DNA of 63,701 bases, filler included, from Clostridia bacterium (GTDB taxonomy: Bacteria; CBDUZB01; JAGLHV01): assembly GCA_030637025.1 (NCBI GenBank). It is 5 parts of 5 records of this genome, joined end to end, with 100 filler letters (N's around TTAATTAATTAA, not from the genome) between each part and the next. Parts side by side here need not be neighbours in the genome. Positions count along the whole stretch, not along the records: positions 31,173 to 56,392 come from DAOVVV010000035.1; 4 more parts are not named here. One strand, 5' to 3'. The notes under the pieces are model-generated. The model saw only the letters and a list, made by a program, of their open reading frames with translations, ran no database searches and was not told where the DNA came from. The stretch's first letter is position 1. The number at the start of each line of letters is the position of its first letter. Below are positions 39,973 through 50,284 of the stretch, one piece after another. The translations under genes were made by a program, and so were the position numbers.

Positions 39973-41857
39973 ATTTCAAGAAAACCCGGGTCATTCCTTT
40001 AATAGAATTACAAAGATAAATTTCTTCAGCATTTATCAAATCTTTTTCGGTAATTATTTTTATAATTACATTTTTGTTCTGTTTAATAAACATTTGCCGG
40101 TATATTCCATTTAATAATCCGCATTCTATCGGTGGCGTATAATAATGTTGCCCTTTTTTGATAAAGATATTGGTAATAGAGCCCTCCGTTATTTGATTTT
40201 TCTCGTTTTTAAAAATAACTTCAAAAAAACCCTTTTGTTTGTATTTAGTGTGTTCTTTATTGTATAGAGTTCTGTTTGTTGTTTTATGAAATTTGAAAGT
40301 ATCCTTTGAATGGGTAGGAATAGAAGAAATAATAATTGTTTTTTTCCTGACTTTTTGTTTTTGATGGTGCCTGGCAAAATTAAATTTACCGGATAATTTC
40401 TTATATCTTAAATTCAGAATTCCATTTTCATTTAGTAATAATCGTATTTTATAAAAATGGTTTTTTTTGAAATTCGCACTTAACCGCAATAATTGGCGAT
40501 AAATAATATTTTCATCAAAATAAAAGTCAAAATATTTCGCTGAGGATCTAAGTCTTTTTAAATGAAGATTTAATAGATAAAAAGTGTTTTTCCAAAGAAT
40601 GGTTTCTATTAGTTGAAAATCTGTGACTTTTTGCGAAATAAATTTTGCTTTAAGTTTGCATTCTAAAAACTCATCTTCTGCATTAGAATCAAAGACAATA
40701 CCACTGCCGATACCTAATTCTCCTTTGTTTTTGTCGATAATAATTGTTCGTATAGGGATATTAAATACAGCTTCTTTTTTTGGGCTCAGAAATCCAATTC
40801 CTCCGGTATAAACTTTTCTTTCTTGGGATTCTAATTTTTTTATTATTTGCATAGTTTTTATTTTAGGTGCACCGGTAACTGATCCGGAGGGAAATATGCT
40901 TCTAAACAATTCGAACAGAGATATATTTTTTCTTAATTTTCCTTTGATTTCAGAAGTCATCTGAAAGAGCGTTTTATGTTTTTCAATATTAAAAAGGTTC
41001 GTGGTTTTTATGCTGCCAATCTGGGAAATTCTCCCTAAATCGTTCCTGAATAAGTCTACTATCATAATATTTTCGCTTAAATTTTTAGGGTCATTTTTTA
41101 AAAACTGTATATTATGAGTGTCTTCCTGCTTATTTCGGCCTCTTTTAATGGTTCCTTTCATCGGTCTGGTATTAATAAAATTCCCTTTTTTTCTAAAAAA
41201 TAATTCAGGAGAACAAGAAATAATAATATGTTTTTCTGTTTTTATAAAAGCATTATAAGATACCGGTTGCCTGTTTCGTAGATTATAATAAAGAGAAAAG
41301 GGACATCCTCGAAAATCAAATTTATATTTGGTAGTATAATTTACCTGGTAAGTGTTGCCGGAACGAATGAATTTTTTTATTTTTGCAATGTTTTTTAAGT
41401 ATTCTTTTCTTGAAATTTCCATTTTTAAATTTTCGATTTTAATTTTTTTTGGATTAAATTTTATATTTGAAAGTATGTTTGTTCCATATTCATTAAATTT
41501 TCCTGTTTGGTGGTTAAAAGAAATAACATTTTTATAAACGCCTAGCCAGATTAAAGGGAAAGAAAAAGATTTTTTTTCTTTGAGGGCTGTTTCCATTAAA
41601 TAACCTAATTCGTAAGAAAAAAATCCGGCTAAATAATAGTTATTTAAAAAAGATTCCATTTGAGAAAATATTTCTTTTACATTGGGATGAGGGGTAGTAT
41701 AATTTATAATGTTAACAGGGTTTATAAATAAATAACTGAATTTGTTTTCCCGGTTGTATTTGTTAGTTTCTAAAAGTACAAAATTATCCAGCTTTTTTAA
41801 ACGGGGAATTATTTTCAGTAAAGGAAGTTTGTAATATTGTTTCATAGATGTTATCAT
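39971..41857 (-). CDS. pabB: Aminodeoxychorismate synthase component I fused to a class IV aminotransferase/ADC lyase
   Basis: YQVNYT, SPELFF, PMKGT, ENIMIVDL and FPSGSVTGAPK; C-terminal HKTTNR, TEGSITN and GLLNGIYR. Confidence 0.92.
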   Translation of the reverse strand: MITSMKQYYKLPLLKIIPRLKKLDNFVLLETNKYNRENKFSYLFINPVNIINYTTPHPNVKEIFSQMESFLNNYYLAGFFSYELGYLMETALKEKKSFSFPLIWLGVYKNVISFNHQTGKFNEYGTNILSNIKFNPKKIKIENLKMEISRKEYLKNIAKIKKFIRSGNTYQVNYTTKYKFDFRGCPFSLYYNLRNRQPVSYNAFIKTEKHIIISCSPELFFRKKGNFINTRPMKGTIKRGRNKQEDTHNIQFLKNDPKNLSENIMIVDLFRNDLGRISQIGSIKTTNLFNIEKHKTLFQMTSEIKGKLRKNISLFELFRSIFPSGSVTGAPKIKTMQIIKKLESQERKVYTGGIGFLSPKKEAVFNIPIRTIIIDKNKGELGIGSGIVFDSNAEDEFLECKLKAKFISQKVTDFQLIETILWKNTFYLLNLHLKRLRSSAKYFDFYFDENIIYRQLLRLSANFKKNHFYKIRLLLNENGILNLRYKKLSGKFNFARHHQKQKVRKKTIIISSIPTHSKDTFKFHKTTNRTLYNKEHTKYKQKGFFEVIFKNEKNQITEGSITNIFIKKGQHYYTPPIECGLLNGIYRQMFIKQNKNVIIKIITEKDLINAEEIYLCNSIKGMTRVFLK

Positions 41858-42135
41858 ATTAGGACCTATTGAAAAAAGTGCTTAATAGTTAGTCTTAAAG
41901 GCTATTATAGATAAAGGATATTATAAATTATTTTTTCTGTCAATAAAGAAAAATTAAAGTTTAATTAAAATTTTTGTAAAAGATTTTTAGTTTGATTTTT
42001 TGTTTGAAATTGTGTAATATTTATAAAAGTTTAGTTTAGTTTAAATAAATAAAAAGATTTAACATTTGATTATGTGTTTGTATTCGATAATTCGGATTAA
42101 TAGTGGGAATAGATTTTGGGTGGAGGAAAAAACTG

Positions 42136-42819
42136 ATGAATAAAAAAGAGAAATTTAATTATGCAATGAAGCACACTAAGATTGTAAGATTTCCTAAGCA
42201 AAGTTTGGCTACTTTTGGTGATACCGTAGTGCAGTATTATTTAATTAGTGAATTAATGGATAAAGTTAATAAAGTTAGAATTAGGGAAGGAAAGGTGATT
42301 GCAGAAAAACCTAAAATAGTAGTGCCTCATTATTTGTTGGATGTATTTGAAGGATGGGATGAAGAGGTAAAAGAATATGCGAGAAAGACTTTTGAAGAAT
42401 ATGGCGAAGATATAAAGGGTTTAGGATATAAGTTTAAAAATAATTTTGAGAAAGAAAACATTATATCTTCTACTATTACTGATATTTCGGATAAGATTAA
42501 AGCGGAAATAGAGTCACGAGAAGAAAATATGTCAGTAATTATTGAAGGGGTAGACGATAATTGGCAGGTTTCTTTAATGAAATTCATTATAGAATTAAGC
42601 ATGCGTTCTTTTCCATGTAATATTACTGAGTTAGAAGAGAGAGGGTTCTTTCGGATGAGAGAAGATAAAAAAAATATAAGAATAGAAATTGATCAACTTT
42701 TCAAGGATGTCCGGAAAGATAAATCCAGCATATACAAATTAGGTAAAAAATTGCGTCAGTATGGATTATTTAAAGAATATGAAGACAAGTTTTTTGCACT
42801 CTTTAGAAATGATACTTGA
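42136..42819 (+). CDS. Conserved hypothetical protein
   Basis: Long ORF with LATFG, VRIREGKV.AEKPKI and FKEYEDKFF; ATG 42136 follows GGAGG. Confidence 0.7.
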   Translation: MNKKEKFNYAMKHTKIVRFPKQSLATFGDTVVQYYLISELMDKVNKVRIREGKVIAEKPKIVVPHYLLDVFEGWDEEVKEYARKTFEEYGEDIKGLGYKFKNNFEKENIISSTITDISDKIKAEIESREENMSVIIEGVDDNWQVSLMKFIIELSMRSFPCNITELEERGFFRMREDKKNIRIEIDQLFKDVRKDKSSIYKLGKKLRQYGLFKEYEDKFFALFRNDT

Positions 42820-42863
42820 ATTTTTTTTAAACCCACCGGTTTTAAATTTAAAATAATTAATTT

Positions 42864-44288
42864 TTAAGAATTTATTTTTATATCTAAGTACCGCTTATTA
42901 CTTAATAACTGAACTTTATTTAGCCTGTTTAATAATTCGTTATTTGAAGAGTTTTTCAGGAAAGAGCGGTATAAATTAATAACTTCTTTAATTAAAGAGG
43001 GAAACTCAGCAACCTCGATAATGTTTAATGGCCAAAATTCATTTTCAAAGTTCTTATCAATAATTGTGGGTTTTTTATCAATTTCTTTTTTTTGTTTTTC
43101 TTTTTCTTTTTGGAATGTTTTTAATGCTTGCAGTTTTTTCTTCGTTTCTTCATTTTCGGAGTCCAGGTTAATAACAAATTCATATAACGCTATTATTTCG
43201 GGAAGAAATATACTTTGTTTCATTGCTATTTCAGATTCAATTGAATAAGTTTGTGTTTCCTCAAGAGAAACAGTTTCTTCTTCATCAGAAGAAATTGGGG
43301 AAGAGGAATCAAACGGCAAAAAAGAATCTTCTGTTTTACCCGGAGAAAATGCACTGGTCGATTTTATTTTTGATTTTTCTTCAGGATCTAAATTGTGTTC
43401 TTCTTTTTGTAAGTTAATTTCTGCTAATTTGTGATAAATTTTAGTATCCCAGGGACGAAGTGTAAATGCTTTTTGATAAGCATTAAATGCTTCTTGAAAC
43501 TGGTTTTGGCGTAAATATATTTCGCCTAAATAACAAAGTGAACCAAAATGTCCTCCTTTTAATCTGGTTACCAGTTTGAATTTCTGTTCGGCTGCCTCCG
43601 ATAATCCTTTATGAAACCAAATGACAGCCTCTAAATAAAGAGTTTCAACCCCGTCAACTTGAAGTGCTTTTTGAACGTATTTTAGTGCTTCATCAAAGGC
43701 ATTTTGACGAACAAAATTTTTAACTAGGTCAATTAATTCTTTTCGTGCTTCTTCTTTTGAATTATCTTTTATATGAATTTCCGCGAGAAGAATTTTTATG
43801 TCATTTCGTTGAGGACTGATATGTTTTGCTTTCTGAGCAAAGTAATATGCTTTTTTTAAAAACTGGTGATTATGATAATATTCTGCGGCTGTAAAATAGT
43901 TTTCTATCGCTTTTTCTTTTTGACTCTGTCTTTCATAAATTAAGCCTAACTTGGCTAATATTTCGGGATTGTTGGGATGTTCTTTTTTAGTTTTTTCCAG
44001 TATTTTCAGAGCTCCGTCAATTTGTTCTTCCTGATAAAGTTTTTCTGCGTGTATAATATTAATGAATACCATTTGTCGTTTTTTTAATGTTGAATCGGTT
44101 AATTGATTAGAATCAAGATAAGTGATTTTTTCATAAAGGTCTTTTATTTCAACCTCATTATCAAGAATTAAAAGAGCATCTATTGCTTCTTCGTATTTTA
44201 AAAAAGACTCGTTTGTTTTATTATCTTTTTCTAATAATTCAGCTGAAGAAATAAGTTGTTGAATTGCAGGAGAAATTGTATTTTCCAT
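42864..44288 (-). CDS. TPR-repeat protein
   Basis: TPR-like helical repeats; start revised to MENTISP just after the upstream stop. Confidence 0.75.
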   Translation of the reverse strand: MENTISPAIQQLISSAELLEKDNKTNESFLKYEEAIDALLILDNEVEIKDLYEKITYLDSNQLTDSTLKKRQMVFINIIHAEKLYQEEQIDGALKILEKTKKEHPNNPEILAKLGLIYERQSQKEKAIENYFTAAEYYHNHQFLKKAYYFAQKAKHISPQRNDIKILLAEIHIKDNSKEEARKELIDLVKNFVRQNAFDEALKYVQKALQVDGVETLYLEAVIWFHKGLSEAAEQKFKLVTRLKGGHFGSLCYLGEIYLRQNQFQEAFNAYQKAFTLRPWDTKIYHKLAEINLQKEEHNLDPEEKSKIKSTSAFSPGKTEDSFLPFDSSSPISSDEEETVSLEETQTYSIESEIAMKQSIFLPEIIALYEFVINLDSENEETKKKLQALKTFQKEKEKQKKEIDKKPTIIDKNFENEFWPLNIIEVAEFPSLIKEVINLYRSFLKNSSNNELLNRLNKVQLLSNKRYLDIKINS

Positions 44289-44292
44289 GTTT

Positions 44293-45348
44293 TTAAATCC
44301 CCGTTTCTTTAGATGTATCCGAAGATGTATCCGAATTGTTTTTGGTTTCTGCAAAATGTTTAACCATTGTTAGTTCGTTGCCAAAATTTGTAACTGATTG
44401 ATAATCTATTTTGTCCATAGTTTTATTCATAATATAAAATCCCCGCCCTCTTTCCTGATGAATAGGGACTGTGTCGTTTATAAGCCCGCTTTTTAATCTG
44501 TGTAAAATGGTATTAAGAGACTTTCCTTTATCTCTGATCGTGATAACAAAACAGGAGTTCGGTATAATATAAAAAGCAAGGTCAATAACATGGTGTTTTT
44601 CAAAATTGTAGGCATGTTCTACAATATTAGAAAGAGCTTCATCTACGGCTAACTCTATGTCGTTTGTTATTTCTTCTGTGATTTTTTCTTCTCTAAGTAA
44701 TCCTGTTAAAAAAAGGCGCACATGATTAAGATAGTTAATATTGCTGGGTATTTTGAGAGTGAATTTATATTTATTTATTGCTTCTTGTGTTTTATCTGAT
44801 TTTTTTAAAAGCGTAATATGTCCTTGCTTATTGATATAAAAAATTTGTTCGCATTTAGGACAACGCAGAATATCAGCTTGAGGGATCCAGGAAATTTGTT
44901 TGCAAAAAGGACATTCACTTTTGAAAGGAAATTGAATTAATTTAGAGGCACTACTTTTTTCTTTCAATGCTTGTTTTTCTGCAATTAATGCTTCTTTAGC
45001 TGTTTCTTTTGTAGGAAAAAGTTTAATTATTTTTTCAATACCGGCCATGTTGAAAACTTTTTTAATTTTATCGGAAACTTTGATTATTAAAATATTTCCC
45101 TGATTTTCTTTAATAGTTCCGATAAATTCGATAAAAACTCCTATGCCGGTACTGCTGAGATAGGATATTTTTTCAAAATCTGCGATTATATTATAAAATT
45201 TATCGTTTACAAGATTGTCAAATTCCTTTCTTAGTTGAGGAGTAGTTGATGTATCGATAAATCCCTCTAAAGCTAAAGTTGCTAATTGTTCATCTTCATT
45301 TAATTGTTCTATTTTGCGTTGCACATTAAGTATAGACATTTTATTCAC
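44293..45348 (-). CDS. STAS anti-sigma antagonist / Zn ribbon / RsbW-type anti-sigma kinase fusion
   Basis: LEGFIDT..YLSSTGIG (STAS); CPFC..CPKC; ELAVDEALSNIVEHAY, IRDKG and GRGFYIM (HATPase). Confidence 0.85.
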   Translation of the reverse strand: MNKMSILNVQRKIEQLNEDEQLATLALEGFIDTSTTPQLRKEFDNLVNDKFYNIIADFEKISYLSSTGIGVFIEFIGTIKENQGNILIIKVSDKIKKVFNMAGIEKIIKLFPTKETAKEALIAEKQALKEKSSASKLIQFPFKSECPFCKQISWIPQADILRCPKCEQIFYINKQGHITLLKKSDKTQEAINKYKFTLKIPSNINYLNHVRLFLTGLLREEKITEEITNDIELAVDEALSNIVEHAYNFEKHHVIDLAFYIIPNSCFVITIRDKGKSLNTILHRLKSGLINDTVPIHQERGRGFYIMNKTMDKIDYQSVTNFGNELTMVKHFAETKNNSDTSSDTSKETGI

Positions 45349-45829
45349 CTCTAAGTTTTTAAGATTTAATAATTTCTAAAATAATCCCGAAAATAATTTC
45401 ATTTTTTGAACTATATAAATCATTGTAAAGAAAAAGTTTTAATTAGTCAAGAAGTATTTAAAAAAGGGAGTATCAATATTTATTCTAAATTTCATTTTTA
45501 AGCATATTCTTTTCTATAGGTAAAATAAAAGGCTTGTTTTTGCGTTCCCAAAGGGTAAAAGTACGCATTTAGAAAGAAACATTTTTTGTTTTTATTAAAT
45601 CTTATTATCGTAATACTTTCATTGGATTATACTCAGGATTTTTTAATGAGCAATAATCGAACAGTTTCTACATATTATTTACGAACCCCCCTTTTATTTT
45701 TAAAATCCGAAAGAATATTACACTTTCTTCTAAAGAGCATATAATTATTTTACATTTGAAAAAAGAAAAGATATTATATATAATACAATTAATATCTAAA
45801 CATTTATTTTAAATGGCAGGAGGATAAAA

Positions 45830-46225
45830 ATGCAAATCAGGATTTATTATGAAGATACTGATACGGGTGGAGTAGTTTATTATGCTAATTATTTGAAATA
45901 TTTTGAAAGAGCGAGAACTGAATATCTCCGCGAAATAGGAATAGATGTGTTGGAATATATGGAAAAAAATATTTTTTTTACCGTGGTTAAAGCAGAAGTG
46001 AATTATAAATATCCTGCAAGATATGGGGATTTGTTAGAAGTAGAAACAAATTTGGTTTCCCTGAGTAAAGCAGCTTTTGAATTAGAAAATATAATAAAAA
46101 ACAAGGAAGACGGAAAGCTTATTGTTAAAGGAAAGGTAAAAATGGTTTGTTTGAATGAAAAATGGAAATTGAAAAAGCTTTCAGAAGATTTTGTAATTAA
46201 ATTATCTAATTTATTGCCGAAATAA
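45830..46225 (+). CDS. ybgC: YbgC/FadM acyl-CoA thioesterase
   Basis: RIYYEDTDTGGVVYYANYLKYFERARTE. Confidence 0.92.
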   Translation: MQIRIYYEDTDTGGVVYYANYLKYFERARTEYLREIGIDVLEYMEKNIFFTVVKAEVNYKYPARYGDLLEVETNLVSLSKAAFELENIIKNKEDGKLIVKGKVKMVCLNEKWKLKKLSEDFVIKLSNLLPK

Positions 46226-46345
46226 CTAATAAATGAAATGATTTTAAAAGTTCTATTTTTTGATTATTGATATTTCACCTTGACATCTAAGGGAAAGGTG
46301 AAGTATCATTAATAGAAGAAAAATTTGAACAAAGAAGGAAATTTT

Positions 46346-46984
46346 ATGAAAACTATTAAAGCTGTTAAAAAAGAGTTTAATCCGTTAATAATAGGTGTTT
46401 TTATTTTATCTTTTATCTCTGCTTGTACTGTTTCTCCCAGAAGGCCTGTTCAGATAACCCCTGTTCTGCCCCCTAAAACTATAGCGGTATTGCCTTTCAC
46501 TAATCAGTCAAATGATCTGGATGCTCCTGAAAGGTTGAGGAAAATTTTTAATAGGGGACTAAGCAGAAAAAGGGGATATATTGTAAAGCCTTTAAAAGAA
46601 ATAGATACAATACTTGCCGGTAAAGGGATAATTGATGCCGGACAATTGCCTACCATTCCTATTGAGGAATTAGGCAAAAGTCTTAATGTTGATGGCATTA
46701 TTTACGGGGAATTAATAGATTTTTCTTATATTACCGCTGGGGTTTATATGAAAAGGCTGGTAAGAGCTGAATTTAAGCTGGTTAATGCCAAAACAGGCGC
46801 AGTAGTCTGGCATAAGGAGAAAAAGGCTTCACGCACCAAAATTGTTTTTGAAAAAGTAGGGGAAGCATTTGCTGAGCAATTAAAAGAAAAAGCAAAGGAA
46901 AAATTATTGTCTTTTCCTCTCCGGGAAGAAACAATAAAAGTAGTAAGAAGGGTGTTGAGAACATTTCCGACTAACAACTGGTAA
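46346..46984 (+). CDS. DUF799/GNA1162-like lipoprotein
   Basis: Lipobox ISAC; TIAVLPFTNQS..AP..LR; LGKSLNVDGIIYG. Confidence 0.7.
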   Translation: MKTIKAVKKEFNPLIIGVFILSFISACTVSPRRPVQITPVLPPKTIAVLPFTNQSNDLDAPERLRKIFNRGLSRKRGYIVKPLKEIDTILAGKGIIDAGQLPTIPIEELGKSLNVDGIIYGELIDFSYITAGVYMKRLVRAEFKLVNAKTGAVVWHKEKKASRTKIVFEKVGEAFAEQLKEKAKEKLLSFPLREETIKVVRRVLRTFPTNNW

Positions 46985-47034
46985 ATAATAAATTAAAATT
47001 TTTTGAAAAGTTAAATAAAATAAAGGAGGAAAAG

Positions 47035-47976
47035 ATGAAAAAATTGAGCAAAGTTATTATTGCAGGATGTAGTCTGGGATTTTTAATTTCGGGTTGTGCC
47101 CCTTCGGTTGCAGTGAAAAAAACCCATACTATTACAGTCAAAGAGACGGAAAAGGTAGAATCCAAATATACCGGACCAAAGCGCAGGGTTGCTATTATTG
47201 ATTTTGAAAATAAAACAGCTTATGGACAAAGGAGATTGGGGACAGCAGCTTCTGATATTCTTATCACTGAATTAGGGAAATCCGGTAAATTTATCTTGGT
47301 AGAAAGGGGAAAAATTAAAAAAATTTTAGAAGAACAAAATTTTCAGTCTAGCGGGCATATAGATCCCAATACAATAGTAAAAGCAGGAAAACTTTTAGGA
47401 TTAAATGCAATAGTTACCGGAAGTATTTCTCAATTTGGAGTAAAAAAAGGCGGTTCGGATTATTTGATAGTTCAAAGTAAACAAATAATTGCACAGGCTA
47501 CAGTAGATATTAGGGTAGTAGATGTGGAAACCGGCCGTATTATATATACGGATTCAGGTAAAGGAATGGCCAGACAAAAAACAGGCCAATTTTTAGGAAT
47601 GGGGACAAAAGCAAAATATGATGAAACATTAGAGGGAGATGCCTTGAGGTCGGCAATAGTAAAGTTTACGGAAAATATTATTTATCAGGTAAATAAAAAA
47701 CCGTGGTCTTGCCGGGTGGCGGAAGTTATGAATCAGGATATATACCTTGATGCCGGCCGTGAATCGGGATTGGAAATAGGTACTTCTTTAAAATTATTTC
47801 ATTTAGGCAAAGAAATAATTAGTCCCGTTACCGGATTGGTTATTGGGCGTACTCAAAAAGAAATAGGGGTAATCAGGGTAGAAAGTTACATTGGAGAAGA
47901 TGGTGCTGTGGCTAAAATGGTGAAGGGAACATTGCCTTCCCGGGGAGATCTTTGTAAACTTATTGATAGGTATTAA
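47035..47976 (+). CDS. CsgG/HfaB-family lipoprotein with FlgT-like C-terminal domain
   Basis: Lipobox LISGC; GPKRRVAIIDFENK, FILVERG, VTGSISQFG and VDVETG; C-terminal YLDAG..IISPVTG. Confidence 0.82.
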   Translation: MKKLSKVIIAGCSLGFLISGCAPSVAVKKTHTITVKETEKVESKYTGPKRRVAIIDFENKTAYGQRRLGTAASDILITELGKSGKFILVERGKIKKILEEQNFQSSGHIDPNTIVKAGKLLGLNAIVTGSISQFGVKKGGSDYLIVQSKQIIAQATVDIRVVDVETGRIIYTDSGKGMARQKTGQFLGMGTKAKYDETLEGDALRSAIVKFTENIIYQVNKKPWSCRVAEVMNQDIYLDAGRESGLEIGTSLKLFHLGKEIISPVTGLVIGRTQKEIGVIRVESYIGEDGAVAKMVKGTLPSRGDLCKLIDRY

Positions 47977-48003
47977 AACATAAAAGTGCTGAAAATATAA
48001 TTG

Positions 48004-48040
48004 AGTAGTCCGCCAATACTTAGTGGCGGACTACTTTTTT
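48004..48040 (+). terminator. Intrinsic terminator
   Basis: AGTAGTCCGCCA...TGGCGGACTACT hairpin followed by a T run. Confidence 0.8.
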
Positions 48041-48119
48041 TATTGACTTTTTTAAGTTGTCCAGATAGACTATATATTGAAGGAATAAAATATTTTTATT
48101 TAGAAAGGGGAGAAGTTTT

Positions 48120-48740
48120 ATGAGAAAAATTATTGTTGGATTACTTTTAGTCGGATTATGTTTTAATTTACTTTTTTTACCTCAAGCCCGGGCAGGACAG
48201 TTTTTTGGTGGGGAAATAGAAAAAAAACCATCGGTTATTTATTATGGAAAAATGGGATGTTTGATAGGAATGTTAGCAGGAGTCAGTACAGGTTATTTAG
48301 TTATCATGGATAGGGATGATAGTAAAGAAGAAAATTCTAAAACCGGAGTGAGGCATATGAGTTATGGAGCAATCGGAGGAACAGTTCTGGGATTAGGAAT
48401 AGGACTTTATGAAATTAGCCGGTCACGTTCGGGTACAGGTGCGGTGGTTTTAAGAGATATGAAGTTAGGGTCTTTAATGGGAATGACTATAGGTTTGTTT
48501 AGTGGGTTTATTAGTTATAGTACAAGTGATGATTGGGATGACGTAGGAATGGGTGTTGCCTGGGGTAATTTAGGTGGAATTCTTTTAGGCGGGGTGTTGG
48601 GTTTTATTGAAGCCCCCCGTGTTTTGAATGAAGCTAAATCTTTGCCTGGATGGATGCCTTATGCTTCGGTTAAGATTTGTAAAGACAAAGAAAAGAGTTA
48701 TCCTTTTTATGCTATTAATTTTGTCCCGGTAAGATTTTAG
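48120..48740 (+). CDS. Hypothetical Gly-rich membrane/exported protein
   Basis: Signal peptide (AQARA) and GxxxG helices. Confidence 0.7.
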   Translation: MRKIIVGLLLVGLCFNLLFLPQARAGQFFGGEIEKKPSVIYYGKMGCLIGMLAGVSTGYLVIMDRDDSKEENSKTGVRHMSYGAIGGTVLGLGIGLYEISRSRSGTGAVVLRDMKLGSLMGMTIGLFSGFISYSTSDDWDDVGMGVAWGNLGGILLGGVLGFIEAPRVLNEAKSLPGWMPYASVKICKDKEKSYPFYAINFVPVRF

Positions 48741-48751
48741 ATAAAGGAAAA

Positions 48752-50056
48752 ATGAGAAAAAATTTAACTATTGGTATTCTCAAAGAAACTAAACAGGGAG
48801 AAAGGCGGACGCCTTTAACACCCCTGGATGTAGGTTGGTTAATTAAACGGGGAATAAGTGTTGAAGTTGAATCCAGCTTAATCCGTGTTTTTAAAGATAA
48901 AGAATATGAAAAAAAAGGAGCAAAAGTTTTAAGTAAATTTAAAAAAGCAATTCTTTTATTAGGTATAAAAGAGCCGCAAGTCGGGGATTTATATAAAGAT
49001 AAAATATATATGGTTTTTTCTCACACAATTAAAGGTCAGCCGGAGAATATGCCTTTACTTAATGCCTGCCTTAAAAAAAAAATAACCTTGATTGATTATG
49101 AAAAAATTATTGATTTATACGGCAAACGGCTGGTGTATTTCGGAAGGTTTGCCGGAATATGTGGTGCAATTAATAGTTTATGTTATCTGGGGAGAAAATT
49201 AGAATGGAAAGGTATAAACAATCCTTTTTCTTCTCTTAAACAGGCTTGTAAATATTCTTCCTTGAAAAGTGTAAAACAAGCAGTAAAGGAAATTGGTTAT
49301 CAGATTAAAACTCAGGGTTTTAAAGAAGAACTGGCTCCTTTTATTATAGGAATTACCGGGCATGGTAATGTTTCCAGGGGAGCACAGGAAATTTTTAATT
49401 TATTAAATCCAATAGAAATTCATCCTAAAAATATCCTTAAATTTGTTCAACACCAGAGGAAAATATGTAATAAACTTTACAAAATTGTTTTTTTCCGGGA
49501 AGAAAAATTTCGCATCAAAAGTGGTGAGGGATTTTATTTTGAAGAATATCTTCAGAATCCTGCGAGATTCGAATCAAATTTGGATGTTTATTTGCCTTAT
49601 ATCAATATGCTTATTCATACCAGTTATTGGGATAGAAGGTATCCCCGTCTTATTACTAAAAAAATGATTCATAAATTAACAGGTAAAGAACCTTTTCGTT
49701 TAGATTTTATGGGAGATATATCCTGTGATATTAATGGTTCAATTGAATTAACCCGGAAGGCAACGACTACGGATAATCCCACTTTTACTTATGATTTTAA
49801 CCGGAGAAAATATGTTGATGGTTATAAATCGGAGGGTATTACTATTTTAGCCCAGGATAATCTTCCCTCTGAGTTGCCCGGGGATGCATCGGGCGAATTC
49901 AGTAATTTAATCCGGGACTATGTTTATCAGCTTGCTGCCCACGGAATAAAAGATGTTACCAATCATATTGCCCTTCCCAAAGAGATACGTAATGCGGTCA
50001 TTACCCAAAATGGTAAACTCCAAAATAAATTCACTTATTTAAAAAAGTACATATAA
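48752..50056 (+). CDS. Lysine-ketoglutarate reductase/saccharopine dehydrogenase-like (AlaDh/PNT family)
   Basis: ERRTPLTP, GIKEP, FSHTIKGQ..NM, LIDYE, GHGNVSRGAQE, DISCD and DNLPSELP. Confidence 0.82.
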   Translation: MRKNLTIGILKETKQGERRTPLTPLDVGWLIKRGISVEVESSLIRVFKDKEYEKKGAKVLSKFKKAILLLGIKEPQVGDLYKDKIYMVFSHTIKGQPENMPLLNACLKKKITLIDYEKIIDLYGKRLVYFGRFAGICGAINSLCYLGRKLEWKGINNPFSSLKQACKYSSLKSVKQAVKEIGYQIKTQGFKEELAPFIIGITGHGNVSRGAQEIFNLLNPIEIHPKNILKFVQHQRKICNKLYKIVFFREEKFRIKSGEGFYFEEYLQNPARFESNLDVYLPYINMLIHTSYWDRRYPRLITKKMIHKLTGKEPFRLDFMGDISCDINGSIELTRKATTTDNPTFTYDFNRRKYVDGYKSEGITILAQDNLPSELPGDASGEFSNLIRDYVYQLAAHGIKDVTNHIALPKEIRNAVITQNGKLQNKFTYLKKYI

Positions 50057-50111
50057 TATATGATAGCTGTTGACAATAGCGAAACTACCTATTGACAATA
50101 AAAAAGGGTAT

Positions 50112-50283
50112 AAAAATAAAGGTAAAATGTGTTTTTCTCTAGACGCATAATTTTACCCTTCGGGCACGCAAAAACAAGCTAAAAATGGGAAACTCGCTTT
50201 GCTCAGACAGTCCCATTTTTTTAACGCTTATTTTTGTTAAAATTTGCTAAGTCGTTCAAAACACATTTCACCTTCATTTTTTT
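50112..50283 (+). repeat. Family 2 palindromic element, full copy
   Basis: Terminal IR AAAAATAAAGGTAAAATGTGTTTT / AAAACACATTTCACCTTCATTTTT with a nested AAAAATGGGA...TCCCATTTTT hairpin. Confidence 0.8.
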
Positions 50284-50284
50284 G

